Positions 28,632-36,898 of a DNA stretch of 63,655 nucleotides are shown here, one piece after another; the stretch's first letter is position 1, and each line of letters starts with the position of its first letter. Both the position numbers and the translations under genes were made by a program. The stretch is from Bacillota bacterium. Lineage in GTDB: Bacteria > Bacillota > Limnochordia > JAAZLZ01. The stretch is taken from positions 1 through 63,655 of the forward strand of contig JAAYLE010000146.1 of the NCBI GenBank assembly GCA_012522085.1, written 5' to 3'. The notes beneath the pieces are model-generated. The model was not told the origin of the DNA, searched no databases, and saw only the letters and a list, made by a program, of their open reading frames with translations.

Positions 28632-29486
28632 ATGATGACGATGGATGCGCCTATCGAAGACTTCTTGCAAAGATACCTTGCTTGCCGCGGCCTCAGCTGG
28701 CAAGGGAGGGAAAAAGCCCTGGAAGTTGAGCTGTCGGCGGAGCTGGCCGAGGCCTTGGCCTGGCAGGGACCGGCCCGGGTCCTTTGGACTTGGGACCTTG
28801 ATACTGCCTTGAGCAATCCTGGGGCCTTGCTGTTTGCCCCCAAGAGTCAGAGTCTCGAGCGGCTGATGGGCACCATCAACGGATTCATCACTTGCGGCCA
28901 CATCCCAAGCTCCGCCGACGGACTTTTCCGGCCCCATTTCCTCTGGCTGTTTCATTTGTGCTACCAGGCGCGGGAGTCCTGGGAACAGATCCTGCCGGTG
29001 GTCGTTGACCTGGTCGATGGCAGCATCGCAGGCATCCTTGAGGGAGATCTCGATGGACGCCCCGGAGCCCCGCAGCCCAGGGAAAAAAGACGGCTGTCCT
29101 TCCGCCGCGCCTATTGGCGGGGGTGTGTTTTCGTGAAGCAATATCTGACGGAAAGGGCTAAGCCCTGGGCCCAAAGGGCGAGGGAGGATCTTAAGCGAAG
29201 GCTCAGTGACCTTGAAGCCTATTTTGCCGAGCTAGGGGACGAAGAGAAAAAACAGACCCGACTGGAGGAGGAGAGCCTCCGCTTCAGCCCCAGAGTCCTA
29301 GTCAGCCTCCGTGGAGGGGCCCTCATCTATTGGAAGCATCCTCCCAACGCTTTAGCTGCCTGCGAATTCCCCGCTCAACCATTGCCGATAGGGGAGGCGC
29401 GGGCGGGCGCTCCCGGACCGTCTCATGCCGCTGCACAGGAGCCTTTGGCACATAATCCTCCAAGCCCAGCAGGCGGTGGAGAATGA
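28632..29486 (+). CDS. SNF2-partner protein A (YqhG-like by position and architecture; function unknown)
   Basis: Starts 3 nt after the SNF2-A stop. By eye it is collinear with the 377-aa partner of SNF2-B: both have F11-[LV]-Q-x-[YF]-L-A, a central [FY]xxx[FY]L..F...Y block, L..[AG]Y[FY].L..EE, and a terminal SL..GA block. The last roughly 55 aa (P/A/G-rich) are encoded antisense to the mrfA 3' end. Confidence 0.6.
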   Translation: MMTMDAPIEDFLQRYLACRGLSWQGREKALEVELSAELAEALAWQGPARVLWTWDLDTALSNPGALLFAPKSQSLERLMGTINGFITCGHIPSSADGLFRPHFLWLFHLCYQARESWEQILPVVVDLVDGSIAGILEGDLDGRPGAPQPREKRRLSFRRAYWRGCVFVKQYLTERAKPWAQRAREDLKRRLSDLEAYFAELGDEEKKQTRLEEESLRFSPRVLVSLRGGALIYWKHPPNALAACEFPAQPLPIGEARAGAPGPSHAAAQEPLAHNPPSPAGGGE

Positions 29487-31746
29487 CAAGGGCCGCTTCC
29501 TTGTCAGGTATCCGCCCCCTGCTGTCCGTATCCAGCTGAGCGGGGGGCAGCGGAGCGCCAACGCAAGAAGGACAGCCATCCAGGCAGGGACAGCCCTTGA
29601 TGATGTCTAGGGACGCTCTTAGAAGCTCCTCCATCAGTTGATAAGCCTTTTGGGCAAGGCCAATACCCCCGGGATAGCGATCGACGAGGAAGATGCTAGG
29701 CAAACCGGTGTTGGTTGCATCGACGATGGTGTCGATATCGGAGCCGTCGCACATTAAGAGGAGGGTCGCCACCTCGCCCATGACATTGGCCACTCCCAAG
29801 AGGCCCTCCATGGGACTGCGCCCATATTCCTGGACCTTTCTTAGCACCTCCCTGGGCGGAATCAACCAGCAGCCCCCCGTCTCGAGGGTGACAAGGGGCA
29901 AGTGGACCTTGCCATAGCCGATGTTTTCCCGGGTGTTGAACTTGATCTTCTTGAACATGTAGGTGAGGAAGCTCACCCCCACCTCTCCGTAGCAAAGGGT
30001 GCTCTGCCCCCAGGTCCGCTGTTGGTCGAGATGGAGGACTTGAACCTTTCTCTCAGTTATCGCCTGGGTGTAGTAATCGACGGGGGCCATACGGACGTAA
30101 GCGACCCGCTGGTCCACATCTAGTTTTTCCACCACGTAGACTTCCCCGTCGTGGATGTAGACCGCTTCCTCATAGAGCTGGGTGAAGGCGCTGAGCTCAT
30201 CCATGCTGCCGATGACCTCGGGACCATCATCCTTAACCCGAATGATGGTATAAGTCGCATCGGAGATATTGCGCAGGCTAAAGTCATCCGCCGGATAGGT
30301 CCTGCCCCGCCAATACCATTTATCCCCCGACAAGAGCAGCTGACGATCTTCGGCGAGGATGTCCAAGAGAGCTGGAGCCGAGGGACCAAACTGCAGCTCC
30401 TCATCGACGTGAATGGGCAGTTCATAGGCTGCCGCCCGCAAATGCCCCAGGACGATGTAGGGATTATTCTTGTCGATGACCGCGTTCTCAGGTGACCGGC
30501 CAAAAAAGTAGGAGGGGTTTTCCATCAGGAATTGGTCGATGGGCAGATCGTGGGCAATCAAAACGGCCAGAGAGTCTTCCGTACCCCGTCCGGCCCGCCC
30601 CGCTTGCTGCCAGACGCTGGCGATGCTCCCCGGAAAACCAACGATCAGGGCGGCATCGAGGCTGCCGATGTCGATCCCAAGCTCCAAGGCATTGGTGCTG
30701 GCCACACCCAGCAGTTCACCCTTGAAGAGCAGCTCTTCAATATTCCTCCGTTCACTGGGCAAATAGCCCCCGCGATAGGCTCGGACCATCTTGGCCAAGG
30801 AAGGGCTTTCCTTAGTCAGCTCTTCCCTGACATAACGATACAACAGCTCCGCATGCATCCGGGTCCTCGTGAACCCGATCACCTGGTGCCGTCCTCTAAT
30901 CAGTTGCACCATCAAGTCTTTAGCTTCGGAATTGCTGCTTCGCCGCAGGCCCGTCTCCTCGATCCGGGGCGGGTTCCATAATACAAACCATTTGCCCCCC
31001 CTAGCCGAACCGTCATCGTCCACTAAGGCCATCTCCTTCCCCGTCAGCTCCGCGGCCAGCTCTAGGGGATTGGCGATGGTTGCCGAACAGCAAATGTAGA
31101 CCGGTGAGGCGCCGTAGTAAGCCAGGATCCTGTCCAGCCGGCGAAGCACATTAGCCATATGGGAGCCAAAAATGCCCCGGTAGACGTGGATTTCATCGAT
31201 CACTACATACCTTAGACCGCTAAAAAAGCGGGCCCAGGTGGGATGATGGGGCATGATCCCCCCGTGGAGCATATCGGGGTTGGTCAAGATCACATTTCCC
31301 TCTTCCCGCAGGCGGCTGCGGCTGTTGCGGGGCGTGTCCCCATCATAGGTGCCGCAGTTGATGGGCAGGCCCTCTCCTTGCCAGCGCAACAGCCCCTGCA
31401 ACTGATCCTGGGCTAGGGCTTTGGTGGGAAACAGATAGAGCGCAGTGGCGCCTTCCTCTAGCAACGACTCCATCACCGGCAGGTTGTAACAAAGGGTCTT
31501 GCCCGAGGCGGTCCCAGTAGCCACCACCACATGCTGACCCCGCCGGGCGAAGTTGATGGCCTGGACTTGATGGCTGTAAAGCCCGTTGATGCCTAGGCGT
31601 TCGAGGGCGTTTGCCAACAAGTCCGGCAAGGGACGCTCCAAGGAGCCATACCGAGGAGGGCTCGGAGGTAGATGATGGACATGTTTCACCTGCCCCCGGT
31701 AATCCCGCCGGGAAGTAATCTCTTTGAGAAAGCCCTCCACATTCAT
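29323..31746 (-). CDS. mrfA: MrfA/YprA-type DExH-box helicase with C-terminal DUF1998 (MZB) zinc domain
   Basis: LYSHQVQAINFARRGQHVVVATGTASGKTLCYNLP, LYLFPTKALAQDQ, VVIDEIHVYRG (DEIH), CCSATIANP, WQQAGRAGRG, and a C-terminal GCPCLDGCPSCV cysteine cluster. Collinear with B. subtilis YprA as I recall it. Confidence 0.88.
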   Translation of the reverse strand: MNVEGFLKEITSRRDYRGQVKHVHHLPPSPPRYGSLERPLPDLLANALERLGINGLYSHQVQAINFARRGQHVVVATGTASGKTLCYNLPVMESLLEEGATALYLFPTKALAQDQLQGLLRWQGEGLPINCGTYDGDTPRNSRSRLREEGNVILTNPDMLHGGIMPHHPTWARFFSGLRYVVIDEIHVYRGIFGSHMANVLRRLDRILAYYGASPVYICCSATIANPLELAAELTGKEMALVDDDGSARGGKWFVLWNPPRIEETGLRRSSNSEAKDLMVQLIRGRHQVIGFTRTRMHAELLYRYVREELTKESPSLAKMVRAYRGGYLPSERRNIEELLFKGELLGVASTNALELGIDIGSLDAALIVGFPGSIASVWQQAGRAGRGTEDSLAVLIAHDLPIDQFLMENPSYFFGRSPENAVIDKNNPYIVLGHLRAAAYELPIHVDEELQFGPSAPALLDILAEDRQLLLSGDKWYWRGRTYPADDFSLRNISDATYTIIRVKDDGPEVIGSMDELSAFTQLYEEAVYIHDGEVYVVEKLDVDQRVAYVRMAPVDYYTQAITERKVQVLHLDQQRTWGQSTLCYGEVGVSFLTYMFKKIKFNTRENIGYGKVHLPLVTLETGGCWLIPPREVLRKVQEYGRSPMEGLLGVANVMGEVATLLLMCDGSDIDTIVDATNTGLPSIFLVDRYPGGIGLAQKAYQLMEELLRASLDIIKGCPCLDGCPSCVGAPLPPAQLDTDSRGRIPDKEAALVILHRLLGLEDYVPKAPVQRHETVRERPPAPPLSAMVERGIRRQLKRWEDASNR

Positions 31747-31767
31747 GACGCACCTCTCCCCACCATG

Positions 31768-32901
31768 TTATCCGGGAAGAAGTTCGTCATCAACGGGAGC
31801 AACCCCTTCCCCGGCACACTCCGCACATAAGATGGCCGGCCGGTCAATGGTCGTGATTTCTCCTTCGCAGACCGTGCAGAGGGGCTCAAGCCATTTGTTG
31901 CGCAAAGGGTCGTAATGGCCAGGGACGCACTCCCCGTCCCGCCAAAGCTCCACCTCCCAACGGGGCACCCATAAGTGGGCTCCACTGACTAATGATGCCT
32001 CCACGTGGACGGCCGTTTGCCCCCAGAGCTCTTGGAGCCGCCGCTGGTGCTCCTCCCGCAGCAGGGCGAGCCTCTCTTCATATTCCTCCTGGGCAGATCG
32101 GATTTCAGCCCTCAGGGCCAGCGCCCGGCGTCCGTACAACCTCCGGGTATCATCGGTACGGGCCAGGTCATAGCGAACATTGGTCACCGCGAGTTGGCGA
32201 AACAACTTGCGCAAGGACTGAAGTTCCTCTTGAGCCAAGGCTTCATAGTAGCCGGTCAATCGCTCCACATCCCGGGCGAGCTTGGCCCGGGCTTGCTTTT
32301 CTACTTCCGCCCGTCTAGACTCGATTTCCTCCCGCAAGTAGACTAAGGCCCGGCGGAACATGCGCACGGGTCCGTAGGCCAGGTTTTCCAGTTGAGAGAG
32401 GCTTTCCGCCTGGGAACGGATGCGGCGGGTCCTGGGAGGGTTAAAGCCAGCCGCCAGGCTAAGATCCAACGGCGGCTGCTTCGTTTCGGTGTAGGAATCG
32501 AGCCAGATGGTTGCCACTTCTTCAACTCGCTCATGTCCCAGGTAGGCGATGCGAAAGTTGAAAAGATACTCGCTCTGATAGATCAAAGCTTTGGGAACGG
32601 CCCGCCAGGTCCCTTGGATAGGGGGAAACGGTTCTCTCAAGGGAAAGATGAGGCTGGTTGTTCGACCCCGCCGGGACGCCAAGGCCAACATCCGGTCGAC
32701 CAGGGGATGACCGTAAGTTAAATGGTCCAAGTCGGGCGCCGACTTTTCCCGGGAAAAGGTGAATGACAGCTGCCCGACTCCAGCGAGCAGGGGATGATCC
32801 CCTTGCAGGGTGTATACTTCATCTTCCCTGCGGCAGGGAGCTTTGCTCAGGGCGAGGAAATCCTGGACAAAAGTGCAAAGCTCTTCTTCGTCTAGCCTCA
32901 T
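31768..32901 (-). CDS. SNF2-partner protein B: YqhG-like core + coiled coil + C-terminal CxxC-N13-CxxC zinc ribbon
   Basis: ATGA overlap with the SNF2-B stop. Long R/E/A/L-rich helical segment (about aa 190-290). C-terminus reads CTVCEGEITTIDRPAILCAEC (nt 31816-31878). Confidence 0.65.
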   Translation of the reverse strand: MRLDEEELCTFVQDFLALSKAPCRREDEVYTLQGDHPLLAGVGQLSFTFSREKSAPDLDHLTYGHPLVDRMLALASRRGRTTSLIFPLREPFPPIQGTWRAVPKALIYQSEYLFNFRIAYLGHERVEEVATIWLDSYTETKQPPLDLSLAAGFNPPRTRRIRSQAESLSQLENLAYGPVRMFRRALVYLREEIESRRAEVEKQARAKLARDVERLTGYYEALAQEELQSLRKLFRQLAVTNVRYDLARTDDTRRLYGRRALALRAEIRSAQEEYEERLALLREEHQRRLQELWGQTAVHVEASLVSGAHLWVPRWEVELWRDGECVPGHYDPLRNKWLEPLCTVCEGEITTIDRPAILCAECAGEGVAPVDDELLPG

Positions 32902-34607
32902 CCTTCCTCCTCCCCATCGAGGAGCAGCCGGTTCAGCCGCGATACTTGGCCCGCATCAAGACATGAACGGGCCAGCTCATCGCCCATGCGGGCGACCTCT
33001 CTATCCAGGGCATCTCCTTCCAAGGACAGAAAGAGCCTGCCCAACCGGTACTCCATGCTCTCATCGCTCCACTGGCCGAGCAGAGGGTCGATCTCTCCCA
33101 TCACCTTAGTGAACATCTGTAGTTTCTTGTCCAGGAGAAATAGGACGTGTTCCTCGATGCTCCTTTGGGCGACCAGGTTGACTCCCACGATCGGCCTGGT
33201 CTGTCCCAACCGATCGATCCGGCCGAGCCGCTGCGCCAAGCGCATTGGGTTCCAAGGCAAGTCAAAGTTGACGAGCAGGCGGCAAAACTGCAGGTTCCGG
33301 CCCTCGCCGCCCGCTTCGGTGCTGACCATGACCCGACAGCAGTCCGCGAACATAGCCACCGCCCCGTCCTTTTCCGCCTGGTCCATAGCGCCATGGAAGA
33401 GACAATAGTCTATGCCCCTTTCTCTTAAGGCATGTGCGATCAAGGCCTGTGTCATCCGAAAGGAAGTAAAGACCAAGACCTTTTCATCCTGGTGCTGGGC
33501 TAGAAAATCGAGCAGGGCTTCGATCTTTCTATAGCGGCTTGGCCTGGCTGCTAGACTTGCTAGGTCCAGGAAAGTCTGCCCCATATCTTCGCTCACCTTG
33601 CCTCTACTCGCCATGAGCTTCAAGGTCCGTCCCGCAGCCCAAGGGCTGCTGCAGATCTCCCGGAGGATGAGGACGAGGAATAATAGATTCTGGGGGCAAT
33701 CAGGGCTTTGCCGATAAAGTCGACGAAGCTGCAGTAGGGCCATATCGTAGAATTCCCTCTCCTGGGGGGTGAAGGGGACCATCTGCGTCATTATCCGCCG
33801 ATTAGTCAGGGGGAGCATCGCGGCCTTACGGCTGGTTCGCACCATCACCTCCCTCAGCAGACGGCGAAGCTCCGGCAAATTCCGGGGTGAGCGGCGATCG
33901 AAGGTGAAGGTGCGCCGAAACTCGCTGTAGGTGGCCAGCTGTCCTGGTCGAAGCAAGGTCACGAGATTATAGAGTTCGCCAAGGTCATTTTGCAGGGGAG
34001 TGGCCGTGAGCAGGAGTAGATACTTTTTGTTGAGCCCATCGACGAAGCGGTAATTGATGGTGGCCTTGTTCTTTAGATGATGGGCCTCGTCCACAATCAC
34101 CAGATCCCACAGAACCTGTCCGATCATTTCAGCGTGCTGGGGTCTTTTGGCCGTATCGAGGGAGGCCAAGACCACCGGACCTTGATGCCAATGCTGGGTG
34201 CTTCTGGCTTCGACGACCGGCAGCTTGAACTTGCTCGTTATTTCTCCCCGCCATTGGCTGACGAGGGAGGCCGGGGTTAGAATAAGGGCCCGGCGGACAA
34301 GGCCCCGGAGGAAATACTCCATCAAGATGACCAAAGCTTCAATGGTCTTTCCCAGGCCCACTTCATCGGCTAGGATGGCTCTCCCCCGCATCTCCCGCAA
34401 GACGGCAAAGACAGCCTTTTCCTGGTGGGGATACAAGCTTAAGTGGGGTAGGTGCTCCAGACACCAAAGGGATTCGAACCCTTTGCGCAAAGCTAAGAGC
34501 TCCGCCCGATGCCGGAGTTGAAACCAAGCCGGGGTATCGTAGCAGCCTTGACATAGATCGCTTAGAACGGCAAGTTCGTCGGGCCCGATGGTGGACTCAA
34601 CCTGCAT
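32898..34607 (-). CDS. SNF2-family (RapA/YqhH-like) helicase/ATPase, copy B
   Basis: GRAILADEVGLGKTIEAL, VIVDEAHHLKNK, LLLTATPLQNDLGELYNLVTLL, VNFDLPWNPMRLAQRLGRIDRLGQ. Paralog of copy A along the full length. Confidence 0.9.
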   Translation of the reverse strand: MQVESTIGPDELAVLSDLCQGCYDTPAWFQLRHRAELLALRKGFESLWCLEHLPHLSLYPHQEKAVFAVLREMRGRAILADEVGLGKTIEALVILMEYFLRGLVRRALILTPASLVSQWRGEITSKFKLPVVEARSTQHWHQGPVVLASLDTAKRPQHAEMIGQVLWDLVIVDEAHHLKNKATINYRFVDGLNKKYLLLLTATPLQNDLGELYNLVTLLRPGQLATYSEFRRTFTFDRRSPRNLPELRRLLREVMVRTSRKAAMLPLTNRRIMTQMVPFTPQEREFYDMALLQLRRLYRQSPDCPQNLLFLVLILREICSSPWAAGRTLKLMASRGKVSEDMGQTFLDLASLAARPSRYRKIEALLDFLAQHQDEKVLVFTSFRMTQALIAHALRERGIDYCLFHGAMDQAEKDGAVAMFADCCRVMVSTEAGGEGRNLQFCRLLVNFDLPWNPMRLAQRLGRIDRLGQTRPIVGVNLVAQRSIEEHVLFLLDKKLQMFTKVMGEIDPLLGQWSDESMEYRLGRLFLSLEGDALDREVARMGDELARSCLDAGQVSRLNRLLLDGEEEG

Positions 34608-36000
34608 CGCTTCTCTCCCTCAGCAGCGCGGCCAACTCCTCCCCTGCCCTCCTTACGTCGCCAGCCCCCAAGGTGATGACCAGGTCCCCAGGCTGCAGAT
34701 GGGGTGCCAGTCCAGCTGCGAGTTCCTCGAGGGCGAAATAGAGAACCTGCTTGCCCGTCTGCCCTGCAATGTGGCGGGCTAAGGCTTCGCTCGTCACCTG
34801 CGGAATCGGTTTTTCCGAAAGAGGTGAGTAGATGGGCACAAGGACGATTACATCGGCTTCCTTGAGGGCAGGTCCAAAATCATCCCAAAAAAAACTCGTG
34901 CGGCTGTAGCGATGGGGTTGAAAAACAGTCACGATCCGCCGTTCCCAGCCTTCTCGGGCCGCTCCCAAAGTGACTGCGATTTCCGTAGGGTGATGGGCGT
35001 AGTCATCAAAGATGAGGATGTCATCCACTTGGGCAATGGGCTGGAAACGTCGGCCTACACCCCGGAAATTGGCCAGGTGCCGGGCTATTTCGGGGAAGGC
35101 AAGGCCGCATTCGGCGGCGGCGCCAATGACCCCCAAGGCATTGAGCAGGTTATGCCGGCCGGGCACCTGCAGCTTGAGGGTGCCTAAGGGCTCTTTATCT
35201 TTCAAGACAAGGCATGATGCCTCACCGGCCTTAAGCTGCACGTCGCGGCATGTATACTGGGCGGAAGGATCCAGTCCGTAGGTGATGACCCTTCTACTGC
35301 CCGCTCTCCTCCGCAGCTGCCGGGTCCCTTCCTCGTCAACCCGCAAGATGAGGGCGCCATCGGGGTGGATGTTGTCCACAAACCGGGCATAGGTTTCCTT
35401 GAGCCGGTCCCATGAGCCGCCGTAAAACTCTAGGTGGTCGGCCTCGACGCTAGTGATCAAAGCGATGTGGGGCCGATAGCGCAGGAAAGACCCGTCGCTC
35501 TCATCGGCCTCGGCGACTAAATAGGGGCCTTGCCCATACTTGGCGCCTCCCTGCAGCTCGGCAAGCTCGCCCCCGATCAAGATCGTCGGGTCCTGGCCCG
35601 ACCATTCCAAGACTAAGGCCAACATGGCCGTCACGGTGGTCTTGCCGTGGGCTCCCGCCACCGCGATCCCGACCCGTTCGTTCATCAGTTCAGCTAAGGC
35701 TTGGGAGCGATGAAGGACGGGAATGCCTCTAGCCCTCGCACTTTCCAGCTCTTCATGGCGGGGGTCGATGGCGGTGGAATGAATGACCAAATCGACCCCC
35801 TCCAAGTGCCCTGGGCTATGACCTAGTTGAACCAGGGCCCCCAATCGTATTAGCTGCCGGACGGCTTCGTTCGTACGCAGATCGCAGCCCGTCACCCTTT
35901 TCCCCATTTGCAAAAGCACTTGGGCCAGAGAGCTCATCCCTGACCCCCCAATCCCCATAAGATGAATCTGATGGCCGCTGTTCAAAATCCCCAAAGTCAT
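34597..36000 (-). CDS. murC: UDP-N-acetylmuramate--L-alanine ligase paralog (MurC-type Mur ligase, copy 2)
   Basis: IHLMGIGGSGMSSLA, VAGAHGKTTVTAM, EADESDGSF. The 3' end overlaps the SNF2-B start by 11 nt. Confidence 0.8.
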   Translation of the reverse strand: MTLGILNSGHQIHLMGIGGSGMSSLAQVLLQMGKRVTGCDLRTNEAVRQLIRLGALVQLGHSPGHLEGVDLVIHSTAIDPRHEELESARARGIPVLHRSQALAELMNERVGIAVAGAHGKTTVTAMLALVLEWSGQDPTILIGGELAELQGGAKYGQGPYLVAEADESDGSFLRYRPHIALITSVEADHLEFYGGSWDRLKETYARFVDNIHPDGALILRVDEEGTRQLRRRAGSRRVITYGLDPSAQYTCRDVQLKAGEASCLVLKDKEPLGTLKLQVPGRHNLLNALGVIGAAAECGLAFPEIARHLANFRGVGRRFQPIAQVDDILIFDDYAHHPTEIAVTLGAAREGWERRIVTVFQPHRYSRTSFFWDDFGPALKEADVIVLVPIYSPLSEKPIPQVTSEALARHIAGQTGKQVLYFALEELAAGLAPHLQPGDLVITLGAGDVRRAGEELAALLRERSDAG

Positions 36001-36064
36001 CCTTCCTCGGGCCCACAGGCATAATCTCCCTTAATAATATGGCCGGAGTGAGAAGTTTTCATAA

Positions 36065-36862
36065 CTAGATTGCGTTGGCCGGCACCCCAGCAATTCCTTT
36101 AATGTAGGCAGCTACCACATCAGCCAGCAAGGCTGCCGCCTCCTTGGCCTCGGCCAGGGTATTGCCGCGGTAATCGCCGATAAAGACCGTCGCTGATTGG
36201 GGATGGGCAGAGCCGTTGAGCATCGCGTGCTGGACCTTGATCCCCCTTGACAGCCCCGGGTACATATCCTCCATCAAATCGCGCAATTGTTCTGTAAAGG
36301 CTAGGTTCTGCTCCATGTAGGGATTGTCTTCGTCCCCCACGACGAAGAGGATGGTAGCTGCTTCTACATCGTTAACCTTGACCGTGGTATATCCCGGGGG
36401 CCGGGGGGGAAGGCCATCGCGGTGAATGTCGAGGACCGCTCCAACCATGACCCCGGTGTCCAGCACCTGGCGCAGACTCTTTAGTGAATTGACATATGAT
36501 TCGCTGTACTTGGGATAATCGTGGATTTCCGTGATGTGAATCGTCTTAATTCCCTTAGCCTCCAATGCCCGACCTAGTTCCGCGCCCACCTCCACAATTT
36601 GTCCTGGTTCACCCCTGGTGTGGGAATCCCCCGGAGAATAGTTCTCGGTGGTATGGGAGTGATAGATGACGACTACCGGAAGAGCAGGTTCGGGGGCCGC
36701 CTTCTCCTCGGCATCCTGCGGAGGGACGGGACGGACCTGTCTGCCTCCCGGAGCAAACCCGAAGTATTTGGCCCCCAATACTGCCACTACTACCAACACG
36801 ACCAGGATGAAAAGCAGACCAGGACCATTCTTCTCGCCGCCTCTAAACCTAGCCACTTCCAT
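36065..36862 (-). CDS. spoIIP: Stage II sporulation protein P
   Basis: N-terminal TM, then VVIYHSHTTENY...VGAELGRALEAKGI...LDIHRDG, the SpoIIP amidase-family signature. Confidence 0.88.
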   Translation of the reverse strand: MEVARFRGGEKNGPGLLFILVVLVVVAVLGAKYFGFAPGGRQVRPVPPQDAEEKAAPEPALPVVVIYHSHTTENYSPGDSHTRGEPGQIVEVGAELGRALEAKGIKTIHITEIHDYPKYSESYVNSLKSLRQVLDTGVMVGAVLDIHRDGLPPRPPGYTTVKVNDVEAATILFVVGDEDNPYMEQNLAFTEQLRDLMEDMYPGLSRGIKVQHAMLNGSAHPQSATVFIGDYRGNTLAEAKEAAALLADVVAAYIKGIAGVPANAI

Positions 36863-36865
36863 CGA

Positions 36866-36898
36866 CCTCCTTCCTCGAAAATATATGAGGGAAGGAGG
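36866..36898 (-). promoter_or_regulatory. Anti-SD/SD hairpin masking the spoIIP ribosome-binding site
   Basis: On the minus strand, CCTCCTTCC (36898-36890) can pair perfectly with the SD GGAAGGAGG (36874-36866), leaving a 15-nt loop. The ATG follows 3 nt after the SD. Confidence 0.5.

Noticed and set aside
26841-34607. Classifying the helicase locus as DISARM, Druantia or another named defence system.
   Set aside because: SNF2 and DUF1998 helicases occur in those systems. Here there is no methyltransferase, no PLD or other nuclease, no DrmB-type separate DUF1998 protein and no Dru partner. The genes resemble conserved Bacillus chromosomal genes (yqhH/yqhG, yprA). I keep it as an open hypothesis only.
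24541-36000. Genomic island integrated at tRNA-Ala.
   Set aside because: No integrase, recombinase or transposase gene is present. I could not see a direct repeat of the tRNA 3' end. The accessory block lies on the 5' side of the tRNA, whereas islands normally insert at the 3' end. Composition looks similar to the flanks by eye.
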